Assembly (NCBI GenBank): GCA_043812495.1
Contig: JBDRMG010000064.1
Span: 2,799-66,798 of the forward strand
Length of the DNA: 64,000 nt
Direction of reading: 5' to 3'
Source of the DNA: Candidatus Omnitrophota bacterium
GTDB lineage: Bacteria; Omnitrophota; Gorgyraeia; Zapsychrales; JBDRMG01
The position numbers were made by a program, and so were the translations under genes. Below, piece by piece: positions 37,068 through 47,607 of this stretch; within the stretch, counting starts at the first letter, position 1; every line of letters begins with the position of its first letter. A model generated the notes under the pieces. That model worked only from the letters and a program-made list of their open reading frames with translations, was not told the DNA's origin and ran no database searches.

Positions 37068-37715
37068 TTACGGACTCACGGGTGTATAGCGGGATGACGT
37101 TTCTTCAAACGCTTCGCATTGATACGTTGTGTAAATATCCTTTCCTTCGGGATCTCCCCGGACAATTCCGTCTGACATAATGCAATAGGAATATGTTCCC
37201 GAAGCTCCGGGCTCAACAGGTTTTGCTGTCACCATAAACGTCTCTCCGCCCAACGGATTAAAATATCGATATTCATAGCCGCTTATGGGTCCATCTGCGT
37301 AATCTTGGTTTATATACGCGGGACTGGCTTGCGTAAGTTCAGATAGTTCCTGGGGGAAGCGCTGATTCGCCGTTTGAAAAGTGTTGGCGGCGATGGCGAT
37401 GGCGCGGACTGTGCTCTGTGCAAGGGCTTCATTGGCGCTTAAGCGGGCCCGTAACAAATTGGGAATAGCAATGGCGGCCATGAGGGCAAAGATAGGTACA
37501 ATAAATATGGAGATCGCGCCTAAAACAATTCCTGTAATCGCCAGACCGTTTCCTTTAAGCGTTTCTTTATTTTTTGATATTTGCACTAACGCAATGATTC
37601 CCAAAATAATAGCTATAATACCAAGCAGCATTCCAAGAAGGGGAATAAGAAAGAACAATCCGCATACCAAACTTGCTATTGCTAAACCTAATGTTTTCTT
37701 TTGTAATTCAGTCAT
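37068..37715 (-). CDS. DUF4190 domain fused to a type IV pilin-like domain
   Basis: LAIASLVCG...KGNGLAITGIVLG then MAAIAIPNLLRARLSANE. Confidence 0.75.
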   Translation of the reverse strand: MTELQKKTLGLAIASLVCGLFFLIPLLGMLLGIIAIILGIIALVQISKNKETLKGNGLAITGIVLGAISIFIVPIFALMAAIAIPNLLRARLSANEALAQSTVRAIAIAANTFQTANQRFPQELSELTQASPAYINQDYADGPISGYEYRYFNPLGGETFMVTAKPVEPGASGTYSYCIMSDGIVRGDPEGKDIYTTYQCEAFEETSSRYTPVSP

Positions 37716-37729
37716 GCCGCTCTCCTTTG

Positions 37730-38683
37730 TCAGTTTGTTGTCGTTTTATTTTTAAACCAGTCAACCGTTATTTGTAGGCCTTCTTTGAGTGATACTTTGG
37801 GTGACCAGTCGAGTTTTTTCTTTGCAAGGGTAATATCCGGTCTTCTGACTTTTGGGTCATCGACAGGCAAAGGCTTGTAGACAATTTTGTTTTGAGCGCA
37901 CGTGATCTTGGAAATCAATTTTGCAAATTGCAAAATGGTGAATTCCCTGGGATTTCCGATATTCACCGGCTGCGTATAATTTGAAAAAAGCAATTTGATG
38001 ATTCCGTTGATAAGATCAGAAACATAGCAGAATGATCTTGTCTGCAGACCGTTTCCGAAAACCGTTAGGGGTTTATGATGTAGAATCTGATCGATGAAAG
38101 CCGGTACGACCCGGCCGTCGTGGAGGCGCATCCGCGGGCCATAGGTATTAAAAATCCGGACAATGCGCGTGTCGATTTTATGTACGCGATGATAGGCCAT
38201 GGTCATGGCTTCGGCAAAACGTTTGGCCTCATCATAAACGCCCCGGGGTCCGATGGGATTGACATGCCCCCAGTAACTTTCTTTTTGAGGATGAACTTTC
38301 GGATCACCGTATACCTCAGATGTGGAAGCCAAAAGATAACGGGCTTTCTTGGCCTTAGCGACACCCAGTGTATTATGCGTCCCTAAAGCACCGACTTTGA
38401 GTGTTTGGATAGGAAAATTCAAATAATCAATCGGACTAGCAGGTGAAGCAAAATGAAGAACAAAATCGAGAGGATCTTTGACGTTGATTGTCTTTGAGAC
38501 ATTGTGATTGATAAAACGAAAGTTTTTATTTTTCTTAAGATGGCGAATGTTCTTTAAGGCGCCGGTGATCAAATTATCCATGCAAATGACTTTAAAATCC
38601 CGCCGGATAAATGCATCGCACAGATGGCTTCCCAGAAAGCCTGCGCCGCCCGTGATCAGTACTGTTTTTTTGCGCATAATCAC
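37730..38683 (-). CDS. UDP-glucuronate decarboxylase (UDP-xylose synthase)
   Basis: [50 protein letters not shown]. Confidence 0.92.
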   Translation of the reverse strand: MIMRKKTVLITGGAGFLGSHLCDAFIRRDFKVICMDNLITGALKNIRHLKKNKNFRFINHNVSKTINVKDPLDFVLHFASPASPIDYLNFPIQTLKVGALGTHNTLGVAKAKKARYLLASTSEVYGDPKVHPQKESYWGHVNPIGPRGVYDEAKRFAEAMTMAYHRVHKIDTRIVRIFNTYGPRMRLHDGRVVPAFIDQILHHKPLTVFGNGLQTRSFCYVSDLINGIIKLLFSNYTQPVNIGNPREFTILQFAKLISKITCAQNKIVYKPLPVDDPKVRRPDITLAKKKLDWSPKVSLKEGLQITVDWFKNKTTTN

Positions 38684-38695
38684 CCTATTGATTGT

Positions 38696-39997
38696 TTAAA
38701 GCTTAACTATCTTCGGACTCTTCACTTTTGCATAGACATTGCGGATATCAAAGATGACGCGGGCATTTTTTAAAAGCTCTTCATAATTGACACGGGAATG
38801 GTCTGTAGCAATGACCACACAATCATATTTAGAAAATTGCTGTTTTTGAAACTTGATCGATTCCATATCAATGGTATCCACCTTCAGGTAAGGAATAATC
38901 GGATCATAGTAATCAACCTTGCAATGCAGAGCTTGCAGAATTTCAATCAACTTGATCGACGGTGATTTTCTCAAGTCTTTGACATCTTTTTTGTAGGTGA
39001 CACCCATGACCAGAATTTTGGCATCCCGGATCCAGACTCCTCGACTCTTTAAAACTTCCTGGATACGCGAGGCCACGTAAATGGGCATATAGCTATTGAC
39101 ATCCGCGGATAATCGGATGAACCGTGCGTTAAAACCGTGATGCCTGGCCTTCCAATAAAGATACAAGGGATCATCCGGTATGCAATGTCCGCCCACGCCT
39201 AAACCGGGATAAAACGGCATAAAACCAAAGGGTTTTGTTTTGGCGGCTTCAATAACTTCCCAGACGTCAATATTCATTTTATGACACATCATGGCGACTT
39301 CATTGATCCAGCCGATATTAATGATACGAAAGGAATTTTCCAGAAGTTTTGTCATCTCCGCGCAACGGGCCGAAGATACCAGATGCACTTTCTTAATGAT
39401 CTTTTCGTATAATGTTTTTGTCAGCTCTCCTGATTTCTCTCCCACTCCTCCGACAACTTTGGGAATTAAGGTGACGTCATATTTCTTATTGCCGGGATCA
39501 ATGCGTTCCGGCGAGAATGAAAGAAAAAAGTCTTTTTCCGCCTGAAGTCCGCCTTTTTCTAAAATCGGCTTGATGAGTTCCTGCGTTGTTCCCGGATAGG
39601 TCGTGCTCTCAAGGACAATGAGAGTATCTTTCTTGATATACTTGGCGGCTGTTCGAACGGCATTAACAATATAGGAAATATCCGGAGTGTATTTTCTTTT
39701 TAAAGGGGTGGGGACACAAATAAGAATGACATCCGCTGAGGCCAAGCCGTCGAAATTGGTCGATACGCTCAAACGGCCTTTTTTAACGACTTGTGCGATT
39801 TCCAGAGAAGAAACATCAAGGATATAGCTTTCTTTTTTGCGAATTTTCTCAACACGATCTGCGTCTTTGTCCAAGCCAAGGACCTTGAAGCCTTTCTTGG
39901 CAAAACTGACAGCCAAAGGCAGCCCTACGTAACCTAAACCGATCACCGCCAGCCTAGCCTCTTTGGAGACGATCTTTCTTCTTAGTTTTTCTGACAT
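38696..39997 (-). CDS. Nucleotide sugar dehydrogenase (UDP-GlcNAc/ManNAc 6-dehydrogenase type)
   Basis: GLGYVGLP, ESTTYPGT, SPERIDPG, GGHCIP. Confidence 0.92.
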   Translation of the reverse strand: MSEKLRRKIVSKEARLAVIGLGYVGLPLAVSFAKKGFKVLGLDKDADRVEKIRKKESYILDVSSLEIAQVVKKGRLSVSTNFDGLASADVILICVPTPLKRKYTPDISYIVNAVRTAAKYIKKDTLIVLESTTYPGTTQELIKPILEKGGLQAEKDFFLSFSPERIDPGNKKYDVTLIPKVVGGVGEKSGELTKTLYEKIIKKVHLVSSARCAEMTKLLENSFRIINIGWINEVAMMCHKMNIDVWEVIEAAKTKPFGFMPFYPGLGVGGHCIPDDPLYLYWKARHHGFNARFIRLSADVNSYMPIYVASRIQEVLKSRGVWIRDAKILVMGVTYKKDVKDLRKSPSIKLIEILQALHCKVDYYDPIIPYLKVDTIDMESIKFQKQQFSKYDCVVIATDHSRVNYEELLKNARVIFDIRNVYAKVKSPKIVKL

Positions 39998-40866
39998 TGA
40001 ATAAATTCTCCTAACGCATCTTGCCAGCTGCGCATTTTTCTTCCCGTGATTTGAGCATATCTTGAATTGTCTAAAGCCGAATATTTCGGCCTTATGGCCT
40101 GGAAAGGAAAATCTTCGAGTTTTGTTTCTTTCAAATTGATCATGACATTCCTCTTTTCAATAATAAATTTGGCCATGTCATACCAAGAGCATGCACCGCT
40201 GTTGACGATGTGGATGATATTGTTTTTATAAAAATCAAATTTATTTTGCACCATCAAATCAGTCAGCTGATGCAGCGCCTTAGCCAAATCAACCGCATAG
40301 GTCGGGGAACCTATTTTGTCAGCTACAATGTCTAAGGATTTCTTTGTGTTTAGGGACTTGACGATAAAATGCACAAAACCCTTTTGCGCTTCGCCAAAGA
40401 GCCAACAGCTGCGCGCAATCACAAATTCTTTTAGGTTCGATTGAATGATGCTTTCGGCCTGGAGTTTGGACCGGCCGTAGACGCTCAGCGGATCCGGTTG
40501 ATCTTCTTCTGTGTAAGGCCTGTGCGTTTCTCCGTTAAAAACATAATCCGTGCTGATAAAAATTAAAACCGCATTGATTTCTCTAGCGATTTCCACAACA
40601 TGTCTTGTGCCTTCGACATTGACACGATACGCTTGATCCGGATTTTTTTCACAACCGTCGACATCCGTGTAGGCAGCGCTAAGAATAATGATTTCGGGTT
40701 TTTTTGCCCGGCAAAAGGCCTTTGTCTGATCCCGATCTGTGATATCCAATTCGTCCATTCTCGGAGCTATTAATTCACCTGTGCCGCTCAGTTCCCGACA
40801 AAGAGCCTCACCCAAGAGGCCTCTTGCGCCAATCACCATTATCCTTTTTTTATTCTCTTGAGCCAT
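39982..40866 (-). CDS. rfbD: dTDP-4-dehydrorhamnose reductase
   Basis: GARGLLG, AAYTDVD, STDYVF, YGRSK. Confidence 0.93.
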   Translation of the reverse strand: MAQENKKRIMVIGARGLLGEALCRELSGTGELIAPRMDELDITDRDQTKAFCRAKKPEIIILSAAYTDVDGCEKNPDQAYRVNVEGTRHVVEIAREINAVLIFISTDYVFNGETHRPYTEEDQPDPLSVYGRSKLQAESIIQSNLKEFVIARSCWLFGEAQKGFVHFIVKSLNTKKSLDIVADKIGSPTYAVDLAKALHQLTDLMVQNKFDFYKNNIIHIVNSGACSWYDMAKFIIEKRNVMINLKETKLEDFPFQAIRPKYSALDNSRYAQITGRKMRSWQDALGEFIQCQKN

Positions 40867-41801
40867 AGCGGATTGTTTTTATACCACTCGATCGTTAAAT
40901 CGAGTCCTTGATCAAAACGATAAAGAGGCTTAAAGCCCAAACACTTTATCTTAGAACAATCGATGGCATAACGAAAATCGTGTCCGGGGCGGTCCTTCAC
41001 CCTTTGGATCATGGACTCTGATTTTTTCATTTTGATGAGCATCTTCTTGGTCAAGGATAAATTCGTTAAATAATTTCCTCCGGCGATATTATAAATCTCA
41101 CCAATCTTACCTTTTTGCACGACACAATCAATCGCGCGGCAATTATCCAAAACATAAATCCAGTCCCGAATGTTCTCGCCATCGGCATACAACGGAACTT
41201 TTTTATTTTTCAATAGGTTCGTCACAAATAAAGGAATAACCTTCTCGGGGTACTGACGGGGCCCAAAATTATTTGAACTTCGGGTGATAAGTATCGGCAA
41301 TTGATATGTTGTATAATAAGATTGGACGAGAAGATCGCCGGCCGCTTTGCTGGTCGAATAAGGACTGCTCGGATGCAACGGGTCATTTTCTTTAAAAAAA
41401 CCTTTGTGTCGGCTGCCATACACCTCATCGGTGCTGATATGAATGAAACGCTTGATCTTATTTCTTACGGCGGCCTCCAAAAGGACATAGGTCCCAAAAA
41501 CATTTGTTTTGATGAAATTGTGCGCATCGGTGATCGAGCGGTCGACATGAGTTTCGGCCGCAAAATGAATAATAGCGTCACAGCCGCGTACGTATTGATT
41601 CATTTTTTTTGCGTCGCAGATATCGGCTTGGATAAATTGATGATTCCTGTGCCTGAAGATATTTTTCAGATTCTCAAGGCTGCCGGCATACGTTAATTTG
41701 TCGACATTAACGATTTTGCAGGAAGGATATTTTTGAATGAAATATTCGACAAAATTTGAACCGATAAAACCTGCCCCACCCGTAATCAAAACTTGTTTCA
41801 T
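40839..41801 (-). CDS. rfbB: dTDP-glucose 4,6-dehydratase
   Basis: GGAGFIGS, AAETHVDRS, STDEVYG, YSTSK, DRPGHD. Confidence 0.95.
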   Translation of the reverse strand: MKQVLITGGAGFIGSNFVEYFIQKYPSCKIVNVDKLTYAGSLENLKNIFRHRNHQFIQADICDAKKMNQYVRGCDAIIHFAAETHVDRSITDAHNFIKTNVFGTYVLLEAAVRNKIKRFIHISTDEVYGSRHKGFFKENDPLHPSSPYSTSKAAGDLLVQSYYTTYQLPILITRSSNNFGPRQYPEKVIPLFVTNLLKNKKVPLYADGENIRDWIYVLDNCRAIDCVVQKGKIGEIYNIAGGNYLTNLSLTKKMLIKMKKSESMIQRVKDRPGHDFRYAIDCSKIKCLGFKPLYRFDQGLDLTIEWYKNNPLWLKRIKKG

Positions 41802-41803
41802 AG

Positions 41804-42538
41804 CTATCTTTTTCTTTGTTTTAAATATTTCCTGGCTACCAGAAGATTGGCCCGGTGAAGAGATTCGAAGGTCCCGCAATCGGTCCAGTTTCCCTTAAGG
41901 ATATTGAAGGCGAGCTGTTTTCGCTTGAGGTACATATTATTGACATCCGTAATCTCCAGCTCTCCTCTTTTGGACAATTTACACTTTCGGATAAAATCAA
42001 AGACCTTAGCATCGTACATATAAATGCCCGTAACGATATATTTTGAGGAGGGATGTTTGGGTTTCTCAGCAATCGAAATGATTTTCTTGCCCTTGAATTT
42101 GACAACACCGAAACGGCTGGGTTGAGCTACTTCTTTAATTAAAATCCGCGCACCTTCTTTTTGTTTCTTAAACTCCTTCACATAAGGTTGAAGCGACTCA
42201 TCAAAAACATTGTCTCCTAAGATAACCACGAATTTCTGTCTTTCGACAAAATGCTCGACCAGCCGAAGCGCATCGGCAATGCCCCCTTCACCTTCTTGAT
42301 AAGCGTAATGAATATCGTTAATACCAAAATCCTCGCCGTTCCCAAGTAATTTTAAAAAATCCCCCGCGTTATTACCGCCTGTCACAATAAGAATTTCTTT
42401 AATCCCCGCATCCACCAAAGTTCGAATGGGATAATAAATCATGGGTTGGTTGTAAACAGGCAATAAGTGTTTGTTGGTGACACGCGTTAAGGGCTCAAGC
42501 CTTGTCCCTAAACCACCGGCTAAGATGACACCTTTCAT
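41804..42538 (-). CDS. rfbA: Glucose-1-phosphate thymidylyltransferase (short form)
   Basis: LAGGLGTRL, NKHLLPVY, RGELEITD. Confidence 0.9.
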   Translation of the reverse strand: MKGVILAGGLGTRLEPLTRVTNKHLLPVYNQPMIYYPIRTLVDAGIKEILIVTGGNNAGDFLKLLGNGEDFGINDIHYAYQEGEGGIADALRLVEHFVERQKFVVILGDNVFDESLQPYVKEFKKQKEGARILIKEVAQPSRFGVVKFKGKKIISIAEKPKHPSSKYIVTGIYMYDAKVFDFIRKCKLSKRGELEITDVNNMYLKRKQLAFNILKGNWTDCGTFESLHRANLLVARKYLKQRKR

Positions 42539-42541
42539 GGA

Positions 42542-42991
42542 TTAATCCTCTTTCCAATTAAAATTGATTGTTGGATCAGATGCGTCAACCCGATACTCAT
42601 CCGGATTCTTATGATCATACGGCCTTGTCACCGTATTGATCACCATGGCCTCCTCTTGGCTGACGCATTTGAATCCGTGATAAACGCCCTTGGGGATATG
42701 AACAAGCTTTGGTTCCTTTAGGCTTAAATAAAAAATATCCGTCTGTCCTTTAGTGGGTGAGTTTTCTCTTGCATCATAGAGGCCAAGCTTGATGCGCCCG
42801 ACCACACAGGTAAAATTATCGTCCTGAAGTTTATGATAATGCCACGCCTTCACAACGCCCGGATAGGCTGTGGTGAAATAGACCTGACCGAATTGACTGA
42901 ACATACAATCGTCCGCACGAAAAATCTCCATTAAGTTGCCCCGGTCATCTGGGATGATTTTTAAAGGCTTTACTTTTAACCCGTCAATCAT
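42542..42991 (-). CDS. rfbC: dTDP-4-dehydrorhamnose 3,5-epimerase family
   Basis: DDRG, VKAWHYH, HGF cupin motifs. Confidence 0.88.
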   Translation of the reverse strand: MIDGLKVKPLKIIPDDRGNLMEIFRADDCMFSQFGQVYFTTAYPGVVKAWHYHKLQDDNFTCVVGRIKLGLYDARENSPTKGQTDIFYLSLKEPKLVHIPKGVYHGFKCVSQEEAMVINTVTRPYDHKNPDEYRVDASDPTINFNWKED

Positions 42992-44292
42992 ATCTTTCCC
43001 CTTCCAACGCCGTAATATTCAATTCCGCACCTTTCCATTTCAAGAGGGTCAAATATGTTGCGGCCGTCAAAAACAAGAGATTGATGCAATAACTTCTTGA
43101 TTTTCTTAAAGTCTAACGTCTTGAATTCCTCCCATTCGGTTAAGAACAAAAGGCAATCGCAACCGGATGCCACTTGATACGCATCTTTGCAGAAAGTAAC
43201 CTTTTGGAGCTCCTGTTTGGCTTTCATCATGGCCCGAGGGTCATAGGCCTTGATCTTAGCACCTTCAGCTTGCAGGGTCTTAATGATATACGTCGAAGGG
43301 GCATTACGCATATCATCGGTCTCTGGTTTAAAGGCCAAGCCGCAAACTCCAATAGTCTTTCCTTTAATAATCCAGACCTTATCTTCGATCAATTTCACAA
43401 AAGCCTCCCACTGATAGGCATTGACATTCCTGACTTCTTTTAAAAGAGCAAAATCATAACCGCTCTTTTCGCTTAAGCGGATAAATGCATCAACATCCTT
43501 GGGAAAACAACTGCCGCCGAAACCGATTCCTGCGCTCAAGAATTTTTTTCCTATCCTCTCATCATACCCCATGCCTTCGGCTACTTTCAAGACATCGGCG
43601 CCCACGCGGTCACAAACTTGCGCCACCGCATTGATAAACGAAATCTTCATAGCCAGAAAAGAATTCGAAGCATGCTTAATCATTTCCGCCGAATTGATAT
43701 CCGTGACAACAATCCTGGCTTTTAAAGGCTTATAGATTTGACGTAATATCTCTTCGGCCTTCTTGGATTCTACCCCAAGAACAATGCGGTCAGGATTGAG
43801 AAAATCCTCGATGCCGGAACCTTCCTTTAAAAATTCAGGGTTGGACGCGACATCAAAATTGATTTTATTGCCCTTGGAAAGGTTGAGCTGAATTGTCCTC
43901 GTGATTTTTTTTCCGGTTTCTGCGGGAACGGTTGATTTCTCAACGATCAACTTATAAGAATCCATACTGCGAGCGATTTCGCGGGAGACATTTTCTACAT
44001 AGGTCAAATCGGCATCCCCGTTTTCTTTGGACGGCGTGCCTACCGCAATAAAGATGACGGTTGACTTTTTAGTGGCCTCTCTGATGGATGTTGTAAAAGA
44101 AAGTCTCTTCTGTCTAACGCAGCGCTTTAAGATAGGCTCCAGGCCGGGTTCATAAATAGGGCTTTGAAGATTTTTTAGTTTCTCGACCTTTTCACGATCA
44201 TTATCGACGCAGATCACCTTATGCCCAATATGAGCCAGGCAAACTCCTGTTACTAAGCCAACGTATCCTGAACCAATGATGGCAATATTCAC
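42988..44292 (-). CDS. ugd: UDP-glucose 6-dehydrogenase
   Basis: GSGYVG, KSTVP, SNPEFLKEG, GFGGSCFPKD. Confidence 0.95.
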   Translation of the reverse strand: MNIAIIGSGYVGLVTGVCLAHIGHKVICVDNDREKVEKLKNLQSPIYEPGLEPILKRCVRQKRLSFTTSIREATKKSTVIFIAVGTPSKENGDADLTYVENVSREIARSMDSYKLIVEKSTVPAETGKKITRTIQLNLSKGNKINFDVASNPEFLKEGSGIEDFLNPDRIVLGVESKKAEEILRQIYKPLKARIVVTDINSAEMIKHASNSFLAMKISFINAVAQVCDRVGADVLKVAEGMGYDERIGKKFLSAGIGFGGSCFPKDVDAFIRLSEKSGYDFALLKEVRNVNAYQWEAFVKLIEDKVWIIKGKTIGVCGLAFKPETDDMRNAPSTYIIKTLQAEGAKIKAYDPRAMMKAKQELQKVTFCKDAYQVASGCDCLLFLTEWEEFKTLDFKKIKKLLHQSLVFDGRNIFDPLEMERCGIEYYGVGRGKI

Positions 44293-44351
44293 TTGACTTT
44301 CCTCCCTTGAAGCAACAAGTTCAATGTTTCTTAAGCGAAATTCAAATTTCT

Positions 44352-46472
44352 TTATTCACCGAATTGTGAACCCAGCTTGCGTCGGTGAAAGCTTGTACTA
44401 AAATCAAAACCCATATCCGGAAACGCCTTCATTTTGAAAATCATCCAAATCTCGCTTCCTTCGCCTTTCGTTTCATTAAAGCTAAGCTCAATATCCCAGC
44501 AATGCAGATCTCTTATTAAAGTGTATTCTTGTTCTTTAACCAAGCCTGCATCTGTATCAATTCGATAATAAGTCCTAAACTTCCATTTTGGATTAATTGT
44601 ATAACTTAATTCTGTCGTTATCTGATCATCGATATCGCGGGTCCAGCGTTTGCCAAAGCCTAAGGTTGTCTTTTCATTGGGCTCAAAATAAACATCGAAA
44701 TTAGATGATTGCAGGTAGTCATTCTGGGTATCGTAGAGTCCGTCCCAATAAAAATTAAGCTTATCTGACGGCTTCAACTCGAAATCAAGGGTAATATTTC
44801 CAAAACCCCCCTTGCCCGTATCTTCTTTCAGGAGGAAATCTGTCCCAACGCTAGTTCTTAATAAATCAACTGAAGTGTCTTTGCGCTTGGTTTGTAGTTT
44901 ATTCTCAAGTGCTAGATGGATAGAATGCGATTGACTGATGCTATCAATGCTGTCAAAAGAGTCAAGTCTATCCGACGGTACTGTTGGTTTTGTCGTGAAT
45001 AAATAGGCCGCCGAAGGCGTTATCACATGTCGAAGCCGATTGATTTCTATGCCCCATCTGTTGCTTTCGATGTCCATCACTTTGAAAATTTTCGTACTTA
45101 AATCAACACCTGTCCGAAACAAACCTCTGATAATCCCATAATTTTCTTTTTGCTTTGCTTTACTGTAATACGTCTCGCGGCCGCCCACATAGGGTCTCAT
45201 TTCGATGAAAGCAATTTTAAAAGGATAAGAGATATCACTATCAGTATCCACGCGCATCGTCTCTTGTCTGACTTCAGAAGGCGAAGCTGTTTTTTTCGTG
45301 AAATTAGAATAGGTGGTTTCGTTTCTAAGATACAGGCCGGTTTTCCCGATTTCCAGACTGCCCAGGGAATATTTGATTTCGGGAAGTTTTTCGAGCATCG
45401 ATTGATAGCGGTTGACGCGTACATCTGTGCGAAAACTTAATGTGCCCGCCGGCAGGCCCCGGGTCAGCTGAAAGAAGGAAGGCGGTGTTTCGTCGGTTTC
45501 GTATTCCCGGCGGAAATAATCCTTCAAAAAGGTCGCACCACTGGTTTTGTAATATTGTAGAATCGCTTTTGTTTTCTTGTCGATATCCCATATGTGTCGC
45601 CATTCGACTTTGAATCTTTCCTTTTCAATAGTGGGAGACGGCCTTTCCTGCCAAAATCGCTTGGACGTAATATTACGCTCGTTCATGTAGTACGTCCTGA
45701 TGAGACCTTTGCCATAATTAAGCATTTTATAATCCACATCGATGCCCCAAGCGAAGTCCTTTTTTTCCCGATAATCGAGATGAATCGTTCCTTTAAAATC
45801 TTCATTGAAGTAATACCGCCATCCCTGCAAAAGATAGGCTCCCCATTTTTTATCAAAACCGGGTGTTAAAATTACACGCTGCCGTGTGTCTCTGAGGTCC
45901 TTGGTATATCGAGGAATAAAGATAACGGGAACTTTCCCGACAACCAAGCTAACATTCCGGGCTACGGCCTTGACGCCGGGATACATATCAACTTTCTTAG
46001 CCCTAAACTGAAAATGCGGCTTATCCAAATCACAGGTCGTGAATCCTCCCCTCTCAATAGAGATATGGTTTTCTCCGACCTTTGACATTTTTTGACCCGT
46101 TCCAAAATAGGGATAGGCCAAAATACGCCCTCCCACGAAGTCTCCTCTCATTTCCTCAAAATTGTAAATCAATTTGTCGCCGTAAATCGTGCTATTCTTG
46201 TATTTCAAAACAACGTTGCCTTCGGCCTCAACGATATTCGTATCGCGATGGAGGACCATCTTATCGCAGGAAAGCTGCGTATCTCCTCGCGAAACGATGA
46301 CGTTTCCTTGGGCAATCATTTTATTCTCTTCGACGCTATATTCGATCTGGTCCCCTCTTGTTTCTATGGGTTTCACGGTTTGTTGAGCTAAAGAGTGAAC
46401 CGGAAAACCAACCATAAGAAGGCTCGCGGTCAAGAAAAGATAAGAGAGTTTATTATTCAAGTTTTTTTGCAT
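44352..46472 (-). CDS. lptD: LPS assembly outer-membrane protein LptD
   Basis: OstA-like N-terminal domain, FTTCD..PH, beta-barrel body, RDLHCW; start set at MQKNLN. Confidence 0.85.
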   Translation of the reverse strand: MQKNLNNKLSYLFLTASLLMVGFPVHSLAQQTVKPIETRGDQIEYSVEENKMIAQGNVIVSRGDTQLSCDKMVLHRDTNIVEAEGNVVLKYKNSTIYGDKLIYNFEEMRGDFVGGRILAYPYFGTGQKMSKVGENHISIERGGFTTCDLDKPHFQFRAKKVDMYPGVKAVARNVSLVVGKVPVIFIPRYTKDLRDTRQRVILTPGFDKKWGAYLLQGWRYYFNEDFKGTIHLDYREKKDFAWGIDVDYKMLNYGKGLIRTYYMNERNITSKRFWQERPSPTIEKERFKVEWRHIWDIDKKTKAILQYYKTSGATFLKDYFRREYETDETPPSFFQLTRGLPAGTLSFRTDVRVNRYQSMLEKLPEIKYSLGSLEIGKTGLYLRNETTYSNFTKKTASPSEVRQETMRVDTDSDISYPFKIAFIEMRPYVGGRETYYSKAKQKENYGIIRGLFRTGVDLSTKIFKVMDIESNRWGIEINRLRHVITPSAAYLFTTKPTVPSDRLDSFDSIDSISQSHSIHLALENKLQTKRKDTSVDLLRTSVGTDFLLKEDTGKGGFGNITLDFELKPSDKLNFYWDGLYDTQNDYLQSSNFDVYFEPNEKTTLGFGKRWTRDIDDQITTELSYTINPKWKFRTYYRIDTDAGLVKEQEYTLIRDLHCWDIELSFNETKGEGSEIWMIFKMKAFPDMGFDFSTSFHRRKLGSQFGE

Positions 46473-46494
46473 GAATCTAAGAAATAGACTTATT

Positions 46495-47430
46495 TTATGA
46501 CTTAATTCCAAGAGCATCTTTGACGAGCACCTGAGCCCCGATAATACCGGCATCATTCCCAAGAGTTGCCTTCTTGAGTACGGCCATCTTGCTCTGTTGC
46601 TTCATGGCGTGGCATTTGATAATCCTTGTGATTTCCCGAAACATAAATCGATGCGCATTGGCTGTTCCTCCGCCGATAACAATCAAGCGCGGATTCAGAA
46701 GATTGACCACGCCGATCAATCCACGACCGAGATGTCCGGCAGTTTCTTTCCAAAAACGAATGGCCTTCGGATTTCCTTGGGCAGCCAAGAATGTGATGTT
46801 CTCAAGAGTCGGATTCTTTTGCTTAAATATTTTCTGAGCTTTCTTTAAAAGATATTGATTTCCTATGGCTGTTTCAAGGCAGGCATAACCTCCGCAATTA
46901 CACTTTTCACCCTCTTCATTAAGAGGCATATGCCCCGCTTCGCCGGCCGCAAATCCTTCTCCGCGATAAATGGCGCCATTGAGAATAAGACCGCCGCCTA
47001 CTCCGGTTCCCAGGGTCAGGCAAATCAAATTGCTTATTCCGCGTCCGCTTCCGTATTTCCATTCACCCAGCGTCACGCAATTCACATCATTATCCAGAAA
47101 GGTAGGAATATGGATTTCCTTTTCAATGATTTTTTTGAGAGGAACATTTCTCCAGCCTGAGATATTTGTCAAATAATGGACAATGCCTTTTTGATTATTT
47201 ACGGCCCCCGGAAGGCCGATTCCGATTCCAACTAAGTTTTTCTTACTTAATTTCTTGGCTTGGATAATGAATTTAATTTCCGATAAGAGGGCTCTGACTA
47301 ACTTTTTTTTATTCCGGATAAAACTCTTTGTCGCCAAATTAGTTCTGGAAATAACCCGTCCGCGCGGGTTCACTAAACCCAATTTAATGTTCGTTCCCCC
47401 AACATCAATTCCTAGGACATATTTTTGCAT
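46495..47430 (-). CDS. ROK family sugar kinase (glucokinase)
   Basis: GIDVGGT, NDVN, LGTGVGGG, GEAGH, CNCGGYACLE. Confidence 0.93.
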   Translation of the reverse strand: MQKYVLGIDVGGTNIKLGLVNPRGRVISRTNLATKSFIRNKKKLVRALLSEIKFIIQAKKLSKKNLVGIGIGLPGAVNNQKGIVHYLTNISGWRNVPLKKIIEKEIHIPTFLDNDVNCVTLGEWKYGSGRGISNLICLTLGTGVGGGLILNGAIYRGEGFAAGEAGHMPLNEEGEKCNCGGYACLETAIGNQYLLKKAQKIFKQKNPTLENITFLAAQGNPKAIRFWKETAGHLGRGLIGVVNLLNPRLIVIGGGTANAHRFMFREITRIIKCHAMKQQSKMAVLKKATLGNDAGIIGAQVLVKDALGIKS

Positions 47431-47510
47431 TCAAAGGATCCAGTCAATGATTTTTAAAGAAAAGTGAGAAAGCATTAAAAAACAAAAAACTCAAACGCAG
47501 GATTGAGTGT

Positions 47511-47539
47511 ATTCTACACGAAAACGGTTAGGGATTCAA
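47511..47539 (-). promoter_or_regulatory. Sigma70-type promoter for the ROK-lptD-ugd-rfb operon
   Basis: TTGAAT-N17-TAGAAT. Confidence 0.55.
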
Positions 47540-47607
47540 GATTTTGTAATGTTTTGGAAGGAGGCAGGAAAATCAACTTTTTGGCTATATTTATCTAAAT
47601 ATTAATA

